Origin: a virus | Taxonomy: Duplodnaviria > Caudoviricetes | Reading direction: 5' to 3' (one strand) | Length of the DNA: 31,776 bases | Virus record (IMG/VR): IMGVR_UViG_3300020203_000063 | Span: 1-31,776 of that record | Shown here: one piece after another, positions 17,659-25,916 of the stretch | Layout: every line of letters begins with the position of its first letter | Position numbering within the stretch: position 1 is the first letter of the stretch | The notes under the pieces: model-generated | Seen by the model: the letters and a program-made list of their open reading frames with translations, nothing else | Database searches by the model: none | What the model was told of the DNA's origin: nothing | Position numbers and translations under genes: made by a program

Positions 17659-18249
17659 CTAGCGGTTGCCGAACGGCCGGCTTTGGTTCACACGCATCAG
17701 GCGCGTGGCTGTGGTCGGGCTGTGCAGCAAGCTCACCTTGCGCTGGCGGATGTTCTCGGCGTTCAGTTGCACCAGGGACGTGGCGAGGAAAGCGCGGTCG
17801 ATGTCCACGCGGTTGCCATCCATGCGCCCGCTGAAGTCCACGGTGGCGCAGTCCTGGATGTAAAACTGCGCGCTGTCAGGAAGCTCCGCGAATGGAACCT
17901 CATGGATGACGCGCAGCGTCAGCGGGGACGTGATGGTCTCGCCACTGTCCAGGCCGTACAGGTGCCCAGGCTCTGCGTAATGCACGGCCACGCCCAGCGG
18001 CCCGTACACCGCGATCAGGTTGCAGGGCAGTTGCGCGTCCACGCGGTAATCCAGCAGGGGGTCCGGGACCACGGGATACAGGCGGTCGTTGAACCACCAT
18101 CCCCGGCCCTGAACCTGACGGCTCCAGCGGCGCAGGGCTTGAATCCCCATCGCGGTGTAGCGGTCGGGGCGGTCCAGGCTGACCTTGGGGGCGATTCCGA
18201 TGCCGGCCAGCATGGCGTTCACAACATCCAGTTCGATAATGCTCGGCAT
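17659..18249 (-). CDS. tail tubular protein A / adaptor (gp11-like, 196 aa)
   Basis: 'ELDVVNAMLAGIG', 'VQGRGWWFN' and 'PFAELPDSAQFYI'. ATG at 18249 with RBS AAGGAG, preferred over the ORF-track start at 18279. Confidence 0.92.
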   Translation of the reverse strand: MPSIIELDVVNAMLAGIGIAPKVSLDRPDRYTAMGIQALRRWSRQVQGRGWWFNDRLYPVVPDPLLDYRVDAQLPCNLIAVYGPLGVAVHYAEPGHLYGLDSGETITSPLTLRVIHEVPFAELPDSAQFYIQDCATVDFSGRMDGNRVDIDRAFLATSLVQLNAENIRQRKVSLLHSPTTATRLMRVNQSRPFGNR

Positions 18250-18273
18250 GGGGATAGCTCCTTGTGCGTGAGA

Positions 18274-18320
18274 CAACAAAAATGCCCCCGCCCCGGGCGC
18301 GGGGCCAGGGACGGGGGCAT
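18274..18320 (-). terminator. intrinsic terminator after the major capsid gene (T-phi equivalent)
   Basis: Minus strand ATGCCCCCGTCCCTGG-loop-CCCGGGGCGGGGGCAT followed by TTTTGTTG. Confidence 0.88.
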
Positions 18321-18327
18321 GGGTGTA

Positions 18328-18341
18328 GGCCCCGAAGGGCC
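18328..18341 (-). other. cUUCGg tetraloop hairpin (GGCCC-TTCG-GGGCC)
   Basis: 5-bp GC stem with the extra-stable UUCG loop, 5 nt after the capsid stop. Confidence 0.65.
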
Positions 18342-18346
18342 AGCCT

Positions 18347-19348
18347 TTACGGCTTGAAGATCGAGCCCGCGAATTCCGCGCGGCCCGTGGTGGCGCCGTA
18401 GGCCATGTGCGCGTCCACGAACCACTGCTTCAGGGTCTCGTCCCAGAAGACAGCCGTGGTCAACGGGATGGTCTCGCCGGCCAGCAGGGCACGCGGTGCG
18501 AACACCGTGGCCACGGCCTTGGTGAAGTCGCCGTCGTATGCGTTGCTGTTCAGCGTGGTGGACAGCGCGTGTGCCGTGATGTTCGAGCCAGCGACGTAGT
18601 TGTTCGAACGGATCACAGGCACGCCGTAAGCCTTCAGGACCATGCCCTTGATGGCGTTGCCGGTGGCCGTGATGTACTCGGCATTGATGAGTTGCTCGGC
18701 TTGGAGCAGCGTGTAGAACTCGGTGGGCTTGACCGACACCATCACGTCGTCGGTCTGCGGGTCCACGTCCTTCAGTTCCATCTTCACGAACAGGTTCGCC
18801 AGGGCTTGGTACAGCTTGGCGGGGTCGCTCACGTCACCGCTGGCGGCCAGGGTCTCGATGCTGCCGCCGAAGTGACCTGCGGGCTTGCTCGCACTGCCGT
18901 TGCTGAACGCGGACTCGGTGCGCTGCGATGCCTTCACGGCCTGGATGAACATGGCCTGATCCCACAACTTCGCCAGCTTCTTACCGTGCTCGTTGGCAAC
19001 TTCGGTCTGCTTGTTGTAGTTGTTCTGGAAGTGGTCCAGCAGGTAGAACGCGGCGCGGGCCAAGACCACCGTGTCGATGGTCAGCGTGTTCTTGGCGAAG
19101 TCGTTGGACGTGCCGTTCGGCGTGACGCCAGGCGCCAGGACTTGCAGGGTGCTCTCGCCCACTGCGTCGCTGCGCAGGGTGGACGTGCCCACAACCTGCT
19201 CCACCGGCACCCAGCCACGAAGGGCGGACTTGCGATTCAGCGTGCCTTCGACCATGCCGTTGAAACGCTCGATGATGAGTGCGAGGGCAGAGCCGGTCTG
19301 GTTCTGCTGATTGGTGCGATTAACCGCCCAGGTGTCGTCAAGAGGCAT
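18347..19348 (-). CDS. major capsid protein (gp10-like, 333 aa)
   Basis: 'ALIIERFNGMVEGT', 'NTLTIDTVVLAR', 'EHGKKLAKLWDQA', 'GVPVIRSNN'. Strong RBS AAGGAA; lies between the scaffold and a terminator. Confidence 0.95.
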   Translation of the reverse strand: MPLDDTWAVNRTNQQNQTGSALALIIERFNGMVEGTLNRKSALRGWVPVEQVVGTSTLRSDAVGESTLQVLAPGVTPNGTSNDFAKNTLTIDTVVLARAAFYLLDHFQNNYNKQTEVANEHGKKLAKLWDQAMFIQAVKASQRTESAFSNGSASKPAGHFGGSIETLAASGDVSDPAKLYQALANLFVKMELKDVDPQTDDVMVSVKPTEFYTLLQAEQLINAEYITATGNAIKGMVLKAYGVPVIRSNNYVAGSNITAHALSTTLNSNAYDGDFTKAVATVFAPRALLAGETIPLTTAVFWDETLKQWFVDAHMAYGATTGRAEFAGSIFKP

Positions 19349-19386
19349 TGAATTTCCTTGTCAAAGTGAGATGGCAGGCGTTCCGC

Positions 19387-20145
19387 TTAGGCGCGGTACG
19401 CTTGCCGTGCAGCCAGAAGCTGCTTGTATTCGGCACGGCTTTCAAGCCCGTGCGGGCCGTGCTTCTGCACGATGTCGGCCACGCCCTTCTGGAACGCCCT
19501 GGGGTCGATAGACCCGGTGGTGTTCTGTGAGGGGTGACGTGCGGCATCCGTGGGCAGAGCACTTTGGCGCTCGGGGGCCTTGGCTTGGCCATTGGCCTTG
19601 CCGTGCATGCTCATGAGCATGGTTGCCATTGCCTTGGCGATCAGGCCACCCTTGTTCAGGGCGGTGTTGACCTCGGCGCGTTCCTCGTCGGTGGCGTTCG
19701 TGGTTGCCCAGTCCCGCACACCATCCCAGACCTCTTTGCTGCCAGCGATAGCGTAGATCGCCTGCGCGGTCTTTTCCTTGCCTGCGGTGGCTGTGGCCTT
19801 CGCGCCGTCGGCTGCCCGCTGCGCGATGTCCACATACCTGTCGAAGCCCTTGGCGGCGTCGCCCTTCTCAGCCAGGACGGCCTTGATGGCGCTGAAGTCC
19901 CCGCTGTCGCGTGCGGCCTTGAGTGCCGGGTGGCGGCCGTCAAGTCCGTGCTTGGCGAAGAATTCCAGCGCCAGGTCCAGCGCCGGGTCGCCCGTGGGGT
20001 CGATGGGCGTAGGCGTGGGCGCTGCCAGGCTGATGCTTGCCGGGGCCGCTGCCACCGCGATGGTGGCTGTGGGGGCTGCGGCTGCCGCCGCGACGGGTGC
20101 CAGTGTGGTGCTGCCCGGCGTTCCCGGCTGTGCTTCGGTCGTCAT
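19387..20145 (-). CDS. capsid scaffolding protein (gp9-like, 252 aa)
   Basis: Between portal and capsid; 'TGDPALDLAL', 'AGSKEVWDGVRDWA', C-terminal 'YKQLLAARQA'. Confidence 0.88.
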   Translation of the reverse strand: MTTEAQPGTPGSTTLAPVAAAAAAPTATIAVAAAPASISLAAPTPTPIDPTGDPALDLALEFFAKHGLDGRHPALKAARDSGDFSAIKAVLAEKGDAAKGFDRYVDIAQRAADGAKATATAGKEKTAQAIYAIAGSKEVWDGVRDWATTNATDEERAEVNTALNKGGLIAKAMATMLMSMHGKANGQAKAPERQSALPTDAARHPSQNTTGSIDPRAFQKGVADIVQKHGPHGLESRAEYKQLLAARQAYRA

Positions 20146-21680
20146 TGGGCGACTGCTCCTTGTGCGGCGGCTTTACCCGCTTCGGTTGCGATGTTCTCGG
20201 ACACGGCCGCCTGCTGCTGTTGCTGCTGCTTTGCGGCCACGTTTTTGGCGGTCTCGACGTACTTGCCGGCTGTGACGCCGTGCCCGGTGCCCAGGTCTGT
20301 GAACAGTGCGTCCAGCTTCAGCCAGGTCAGCACTTCAGGGGGCAGGGCACCCAGGCGCACCACGTCTTCCATGAATCCCCGCAGGTTGGACAAGTCCCCG
20401 TTGCGGGAAAGCGCGTCCAGGCCCGTCACCACCGTGGGCTGTGCTTCGGTCTTGGTGAACTTCACGCCCGTCATGCCGATCAGCCACACACCCAGCGGAA
20501 GCTGCACGTCCACGGCCATGCGGGAGTAGCCGCCGCCCAGGCCGGTTTCCAACTCCTGCGCCATCAGGCGGATTTCCTCGGCAGTGACCCGTTCCGCGTC
20601 GCGCGTCATGGCACTGCTCAGAAGGAACGTGCGCCCGATGCGGTTCACGTAGTCGCCCAGGGTCTGCTGCTGCACCTGTAGGGAACCCGCCAGTGCCCCG
20701 GCTGCGTTCACCAGGCTCAGGTCGCCGTCCACGCCGGGGATTATCCCGCCGTTCTCGGAAGCCTTGAAGTCCTCTGGGCGCATAGAGCTACCCGGGGACA
20801 GCAGCCAGCGGTACTCGGACGCCAGGATCGCGCCTTCGATCAGCGCCTGGCTCAGTACGCTCAGGGCCGCGAAGTCGTTCTCGCAGTCCCCCACCAGGCC
20901 GCTGCCGTAGTCCGCCTCATCCGCCAGGTTCCACGTCAACACCCGGTAGGGCAGCGCGGCTTCGTCGGCGTAGGTGGTCTCGAACGCGGCGCCCAGGTTG
21001 TGCTTGCCGACCCACTGTGTCTCCAGGTACTTGCCCGCCTTGCGAGTGAGCACGATAAAGAACTCGACCTCGTTGGACTCTGCGCCGACTTGTGGCCGGT
21101 GCTGCGCGGGGGTGGCGGCTTGCGCTGCCTGCGTCAACTCGTCGAACGCGACGCGCTCACGAATGATGAGGGTGTGCAGGCGACCCACGATGTCCCGTTT
21201 GACCACGTAGTTCTTCAGGCTGATCGTGCGGATGAGCTTGTTCGCTTCGTCCAGGATCATCAGGACGTTGCCGAAGGCGACCACATGCTTGAGCACTTCG
21301 AACAGCTTGGGGCGCAGGCTCATCTGGTCCAGCTTCTTGACGGCCTTGCGCTCGGTCTCGCCCAGTAGTGCCGTCAGGTCTGCGTCGCTGATGTTCTGCG
21401 CCTGCGCGTCAGCCCTCAGGGCGTCCCCGGCATCCAGGCGGATGAAAGGCCGGCTCGGGCTGAACAGGGTCAGCATCAGCTTGGTGACGATGTGGTTCAG
21501 CGCCTGTGCGCCGATGCTCTGCCAGTCCCGCGCCGCGCCGTCCCGGTCGGTGTCGCCCCCGATGGGGGTCCACAGGTAGGGCAGCGTGTAGCGTGCGTAC
21601 AGTTCGCAGCGGCGCAGCAGTTGCTGGCGCTTCGCGTCCAGCCTGGCCCATTGCCCCTGCGCGGTGTCATCTTTGGTCAT
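20142..21680 (-). CDS. portal / head-tail connector (gp8-like, 512 aa)
   Basis: 'YARYTLPYL', 'QSIGAQALNHIVTKLMLTLFSPSRPF', 'RDAERVTAEEIR...ELETGLGGGYS'. Confidence 0.97.
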   Translation of the reverse strand: MTKDDTAQGQWARLDAKRQQLLRRCELYARYTLPYLWTPIGGDTDRDGAARDWQSIGAQALNHIVTKLMLTLFSPSRPFIRLDAGDALRADAQAQNISDADLTALLGETERKAVKKLDQMSLRPKLFEVLKHVVAFGNVLMILDEANKLIRTISLKNYVVKRDIVGRLHTLIIRERVAFDELTQAAQAATPAQHRPQVGAESNEVEFFIVLTRKAGKYLETQWVGKHNLGAAFETTYADEAALPYRVLTWNLADEADYGSGLVGDCENDFAALSVLSQALIEGAILASEYRWLLSPGSSMRPEDFKASENGGIIPGVDGDLSLVNAAGALAGSLQVQQQTLGDYVNRIGRTFLLSSAMTRDAERVTAEEIRLMAQELETGLGGGYSRMAVDVQLPLGVWLIGMTGVKFTKTEAQPTVVTGLDALSRNGDLSNLRGFMEDVVRLGALPPEVLTWLKLDALFTDLGTGHGVTAGKYVETAKNVAAKQQQQQQAAVSENIATEAGKAAAQGAVAQ

Positions 21681-22030
21681 GCGCCGCTCTCGTAATCGAA
21701 GAAGGTGCCACGGCGCTTGGTCGCCACGGTGCGCTCGTTCGCGGACTCACCCAGGCTGAAGTCGGCGGCGTCGCTCATGTCCGCCTGACGCTTGACCTCG
21801 GTACGCTGCTTGTCTTGCAGGAGCAGGTTGTCCGCGATGAGGGCGCGTTGCTGGTTGGATGCTTCGGCTTGGACGAACAGGTTCGCTTCAGCACGCGCCG
21901 CGTCTGTGCGGGCGATGTTGTTTTCCAGGTCGCCCTGGACCTTGGCCTTCTTGGCGGCCTTCTTGGCCTGGCCAGCGCCAGCGATGGCGCCGACTGCCGC
22001 GACGACGGCGGCCCCGATGAGAATTGCCAT
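21677..22030 (-). CDS. small virion/tail-assembly-type protein upstream of the portal (117 aa)
   Basis: Hydrophobic Gly/Ala N-terminus, Lys-Ala stretch, basic C-terminal 'KRRG'; ATGA overlap with the portal. Position matches T7 gp7.3-like genes. Confidence 0.6.
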   Translation of the reverse strand: MAILIGAAVVAAVGAIAGAGQAKKAAKKAKVQGDLENNIARTDAARAEANLFVQAEASNQQRALIADNLLLQDKQRTEVKRQADMSDAADFSLGESANERTVATKRRGTFFDYESGA

Positions 22031-22042
22031 GCGGCCCCCCGT

Positions 22043-22963
22043 TCAGTATCGGTTTATCAAATCCACCGAATGGTGGCCTTGGATGGGACGCGCCGCCTCA
22101 CGCGGGGGTGTCTCGTTCCCTGCTGTGGGATAGAGCACACCGTTCGGTAGCTGGCCGAACATCCCGCTGCTGGACGGTGTGACCCAATCCAGTTGCAGCG
22201 TGGCTTCAGCCACGTAGTCGTAGTGTTCGATCCAGATATTCACGAACTCGTCAAGCGTGAATCTGTAGGTGCCGGTGAAGTCCCGGCCCGGCCTGTCCCA
22301 TGCGTCGATGGCGATACGCCCGTTGATGTACAGGCGCCCGCCGTCGTCATGGTTCAGGCTGAAGCGGTAGTCCCCGGTCTCGGGTATCTTGATGCTGCCG
22401 GTCCAGCGGTCGCTGAAGTCCGGGGGCACGATGCCCGGCGATGGGCTGTCCCCGTCCCGCCCGTAGGCATAGTACGGGTTCTCGATCCGGGTCAGCACGG
22501 GCTCGCCCACCATGCTCTGATTGGCGTAGTAGCGGGCCAGCAGGCCACCGGATGCGAATGTGGGGGTGGGTGCCGGGGGTTCCTCGGGCTCGATCAGCGC
22601 CCCCACCTGCTCGAATGCAGTGCACCAGGCCGTGCCGGTGTAGGAGCCACCCGCGTAATCCGGGACAGCCACGCCGATGGTGCGCCGGCCCTGCCCCGGA
22701 CCCAGGGTGCTTTGCAGCGCCCCGATGAACACGGACACGCTGCCCCCGCCACCCGTGCCCAGCGACGCGCCAGTGTCCAAGTGCTTGGTCGTGGCTGTGA
22801 TGGTGCCGGTGCCGGTGTAGGTGGCGCCTACCCCTGCGTCAACGGCCGCGATGAACGCGGCGTCCACGTCCAGGGTGGCGTTCACGATGACCCGTATCGC
22901 TGGCTGGTAGCCGGGTACGTCGGGCAGCGCGAAGGCTACCCCGTTCAGGTTGAATGTTGGCAT
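22043..22963 (-). CDS. PA14-domain protein (306 aa), putative carbohydrate-binding virion accessory
   Basis: About 22128-22551 encodes 'GGLLARYY...FSDRWTGSIKIPETGDYRFSLNHDDGGRLYING...IWIEHYD...LQLDWVTP', which fits the PA14 consensus. A Pro/Glu linker precedes it. Confidence 0.85.
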   Translation of the reverse strand: MPTFNLNGVAFALPDVPGYQPAIRVIVNATLDVDAAFIAAVDAGVGATYTGTGTITATTKHLDTGASLGTGGGGSVSVFIGALQSTLGPGQGRRTIGVAVPDYAGGSYTGTAWCTAFEQVGALIEPEEPPAPTPTFASGGLLARYYANQSMVGEPVLTRIENPYYAYGRDGDSPSPGIVPPDFSDRWTGSIKIPETGDYRFSLNHDDGGRLYINGRIAIDAWDRPGRDFTGTYRFTLDEFVNIWIEHYDYVAEATLQLDWVTPSSSGMFGQLPNGVLYPTAGNETPPREAARPIQGHHSVDLINRY

Positions 22964-23136
22964 CAGCCGATCACCCAGCCGTCGCGCAGCTTCTGGAGCA
23001 CGAATTGCATGCCGATGATCTGCCCGGCCTGTAGGTCCGTGGTCTGCGCGGTGACGTAGGGCACGGTGCCCAGGGACTGCACAAGTTGTGCGTACTGCCC
23101 CGGCGTCAGTCTTGCGATTTCAGATACTTCGGACAT
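22963..23136 (-). CDS. small protein after the RNAP gene (57 aa, MSEVSEIARLTPGQY...LQKLRDGWVIG)
   Basis: ATG at 23136 with RBS AAGGAG. 'TTDLQAG..IGMQ.VL.KLRDG' resembles the first late gene of phiKMV-like phages. The ORF track's longer version overlaps the RNAP. Confidence 0.75.
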   Translation of the reverse strand: MSEVSEIARLTPGQYAQLVQSLGTVPYVTAQTTDLQAGQIIGMQFVLQKLRDGWVIG

Positions 23137-23156
23137 ATTTGGTGGCTCCTTGGCTG

Positions 23157-23172
23157 GTTCACTATCGGTCTC
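23157..23172 (-). promoter_or_regulatory. repeated intergenic motif, copy 2 (minus strand GAGACCGATAGTGAAC); candidate phage RNAP promoter
   Basis: Starts at the RNAP stop codon, i.e. the start of the late region; matches 5801-5817 apart from a 1-nt indel. Confidence 0.45.
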
Positions 23173-25624
23173 ATGAGAAGAAGAATTCGCTGTCCCGAAC
23201 GGCTGCCAGGCCCAGGCCACCCTGGGCCGGGGGCGGGGGCAGAAACGGGTAGCGATCCCGCAGCGCGGCCAGGGGGTCGTGTTCCTCGTACATGCGCACG
23301 AACTCATCCCGGATGATGTGATTCAGGCGGGCGGCGTGCCGTGCGTGTGTGCCGTAGCTGTCATGGATCATGCTGAAGGCGTGGATGCCCTCGGCGCTGG
23401 CCCGCGCGATGACCCGGTGCATGTGCGCCGCGTCCATGCTGTGCACGAAGTTGGGGGCCAGGCCCGTGCCGTGCTTGACCACATGCGGGGTGTCGTTCTC
23501 GACCACCACGCGCACCCTGCACGCGCCATGCAGGAAGGTAGGGATGCGGTGCAGGTCGGTGCGGAAGTACGTCTGCGCCGCGACGAACCCGCTGGGGGTG
23601 CGCCAGCAGATGACGGGATCATCGCTGCCCTTGATGTGCCGCGCGATGGCCTTGCCGGATGCACTCAGCCAGTCCATCGCCTCACGGGACTTGACGACAA
23701 CCTCGCCGATGGCGGGCCACAGGTGCGCCATCACGGCCTTGGCCGCTTCCCGGTGCGTGGGCTTGTCGAACACCCCTTGCCCGGCGCTAGCCTCTAGGTA
23801 ATCCTTGACGATGTAGTCCGTGGCGCCGCGCGGCGTGACCCCGTAGGGGGTTGTCATCACGGTGCGCTTCGCCAGGAGCCGCTGGATGCCGTGCTGCTTC
23901 CACTTGATTTCCACGGGGCTGGGGTCGGGCAGTGCGTCCAGCCGCGCCTGGGTGCGGGTGGCGGCCCGCAGGTACACGTCCTGCTTCTCGGAGTGAGGGA
24001 CCAAGTTCGTGGCATCCCCGCCCACAGAGTCCCGCAGCATGGCGCTGAAGTGTTGCAGGCCGTTGCAGCTACCGTCCTTGTTCGCAGGCAGCCGTGACAG
24101 GAATCCCACAGGGTCCGCCTGCCAGGCTGCGTACTCGAAGCACCAGGCCAGGAAGCCCAGCGGGGAGTCCGCCGCGTTCCAATCCGCCGTGGCGCCCAGC
24201 GGGTCCGCAGCGATACCCAGGATGTGGGCGTGGTGCTCACGCACCCACTGCTCACGGCCCGTCAGCGGCAGGTTGTCCACGCCGTAGCAGTTGGCCCCCG
24301 TCGCCAGGAAGTGCTGGATGGCCGCGTCGGTGTCCAGGGGCTCGCCGTCCGCAAACTCCAGCAGCGCCTTTTGCAGGTCGCTGCCCTGCGGGTTCACGCC
24401 GTAGGTCTGGGGGTAGGCCCGGCCCCGGCTGTCCAGGAAGTAGACGAAGTACAGCGCGGGGTAATCCTTGAAGCACTGCGCCTGACGGGTGGCCGCGTAG
24501 AAGCGCCCGTAGTCGGCCGTCTGCCGCTTGCGGTCCTCGTACCACTGGGCCATGCTGCGCTTCCACGTCAGCATCTGCGCGGCCTGGCCCTCGGTCAGCG
24601 TGCCCTTGTCGAACCCCTCGATCATGAACTCCAGGCGGTCGGGCTTGGCGGGCACTTCCTGGGTCTCGATTTCCCCCAGCTTCGTGCGCGTGGTGGCCGC
24701 CAGGTCCAGCACGGTGGCCAGCAGGCGCGCGTTGACGCGCCAGCGCGTGCCCTGCATGGCGTTGACAGCGGCAAGCACGGTGCTCATGTCCGCTTCGCGC
24801 AGAGCCCCACGGGCGGTGGGGCGGGTCTTGACGAGGTAGCGGTGCTGCTTGCGCATGGGCTCGCTGTGCCAGCCCCCGTCAGTCAGCGTCGTCCAGGGTA
24901 GCGGGGGCTCGACACACGGGCCATAGGCCGGCTGCGTCACTGCCACATAACCCCGAATCTGGCCGATCACATCCAGCACCTGCTGTGTGAACGTGATACT
25001 GCGGTACTGCCGTTTCATCCCCTTGGCCCCGCTGCCTGGGCTCGTCATCAGGGGACCAAGCTCGATCAGGCCCAGGTCCGCCAGTTGGCCCAGCAGGTAG
25101 ATGCCCACTTGGTCCCGGCTGCCCACACCCCACTCCTTCAACTCAATACCCGCCTTCTGCGCTTGCAGGCGGAACACCGTCATGCGATGGCGCTCGTCCT
25201 GGCTCATGCGCCGGCTGAAGTCCCGGGTGAGTGTGTGGTACAGGTCCGGGGCCGCATCCGCAAACTGCTTGAGCACGAATTCCCGGTGGATCACACGCCC
25301 CAGGCTATAGCCCAGCGTGCGGTAGTTCTGCCGTTCCTGCATGCAGGCGTTCAGGACGTGCCGCACGGCCAGCGCCGCCACGGCTTCCAGGTGCATGCCC
25401 GCCAGCAGCCCGGCGTAGGCGTGCAGCCGGCCCGGCTGCGGGTCCGTCACTGCGGTGGTGATGACGGCCGCCAGGGGCAGCACGAATTCAGTCATCAGCT
25501 TCAGGGCGTAGGGGTTGGAACTCGCGCGGCCCTTGGCTTCGGCCTCTTTCAGCCTGTCCAGCGCGCGGTCCATCCCCTCGGTGTACATCATTGACTCGAC
25601 GGCCAACTGGGACAGCAGGGTCAT
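23171..25624 (-). CDS. single-subunit T7-like DNA-directed RNA polymerase (817 aa)
   Basis: 'DSRGRAYP', 'NPQGSD', motif A 'DGSCNGLQH', motif B 'RLLAKRTVMTTPYG', 'APNFVHSMDAAH', motif C 'IHDS'. Confidence 0.98.
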   Translation of the reverse strand: MTLLSQLAVESMMYTEGMDRALDRLKEAEAKGRASSNPYALKLMTEFVLPLAAVITTAVTDPQPGRLHAYAGLLAGMHLEAVAALAVRHVLNACMQERQNYRTLGYSLGRVIHREFVLKQFADAAPDLYHTLTRDFSRRMSQDERHRMTVFRLQAQKAGIELKEWGVGSRDQVGIYLLGQLADLGLIELGPLMTSPGSGAKGMKRQYRSITFTQQVLDVIGQIRGYVAVTQPAYGPCVEPPLPWTTLTDGGWHSEPMRKQHRYLVKTRPTARGALREADMSTVLAAVNAMQGTRWRVNARLLATVLDLAATTRTKLGEIETQEVPAKPDRLEFMIEGFDKGTLTEGQAAQMLTWKRSMAQWYEDRKRQTADYGRFYAATRQAQCFKDYPALYFVYFLDSRGRAYPQTYGVNPQGSDLQKALLEFADGEPLDTDAAIQHFLATGANCYGVDNLPLTGREQWVREHHAHILGIAADPLGATADWNAADSPLGFLAWCFEYAAWQADPVGFLSRLPANKDGSCNGLQHFSAMLRDSVGGDATNLVPHSEKQDVYLRAATRTQARLDALPDPSPVEIKWKQHGIQRLLAKRTVMTTPYGVTPRGATDYIVKDYLEASAGQGVFDKPTHREAAKAVMAHLWPAIGEVVVKSREAMDWLSASGKAIARHIKGSDDPVICWRTPSGFVAAQTYFRTDLHRIPTFLHGACRVRVVVENDTPHVVKHGTGLAPNFVHSMDAAHMHRVIARASAEGIHAFSMIHDSYGTHARHAARLNHIIRDEFVRMYEEHDPLAALRDRYPFLPPPPAQGGLGLAAVRDSEFFFS

Positions 25625-25631
25625 GCGGCTC

Positions 25632-25916
25632 CTACAGTTCGATCAGTTCCTTGAACTCATCGTTCGTGTGCAGCGACTCGCTACACATCCGCTGCACGCT
25701 GCCGATGCGCAGGCGGTCGGCGGGGGGCAGGGCAAACAGACCGTAGGCCAGGAGCGCCGTCAGGTCAGCGGCCGTCGCGTCCGGGTACTTCGGTAGGTAA
25801 GTCTCGACCACCACAGCGGCCGTGGTGGTCAGCCCGGTCAGGGACTCGGTGGGGTGGTGCATCTGTTGCGCCAGCAGCAGCAGGGCCAGGTTCAGGGCCA
25901 GGGGGTGCATCGTCAC
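25632..25916 (-). CDS. hypothetical protein (94 aa)
   Basis: Fills the gap between neighbours, with a GTGA overlap upstream and a stop 7 nt before the RNAP start. No recognisable motif; the start may be the ATG at 25910. Confidence 0.55.
   Translation of the reverse strand: MTMHPLALNLALLLLAQQMHHPTESLTGLTTTAAVVVETYLPKYPDATAADLTALLAYGLFALPPADRLRIGSVQRMCSESLHTNDEFKELIEL

Noticed and set aside
15267-17834. 855-aa plus-strand ORF, and other long plus-strand ORFs (5896-7395, 28406-29755, 29596-31080)
   Set aside because: Antisense shadows of well-supported minus-strand genes in GC-rich DNA; they show no recognisable protein motifs.
18320-18360. Possible T7 gp10B-type frameshift extension of the capsid protein
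   Set aside because: No slippery sequence at the 3' end (ATC TTC AAG CCG TAA), and hairpins plus a terminator follow immediately.
19360-19369. 10-mer TCACTTTGAC (minus strand) upstream of the capsid gene, also at 27297-27306, as a promoter
   Set aside because: The second copy is explained by a stop/start overlap, and the match does not extend or agree with the 12-bp boundary motif. The TTGACA here has no -10 box.
20209-20232. CAG-like repeat (poly-Gln) at the portal C-terminus
   Set aside because: A short Gln run is ordinary in T7-like portal tails.
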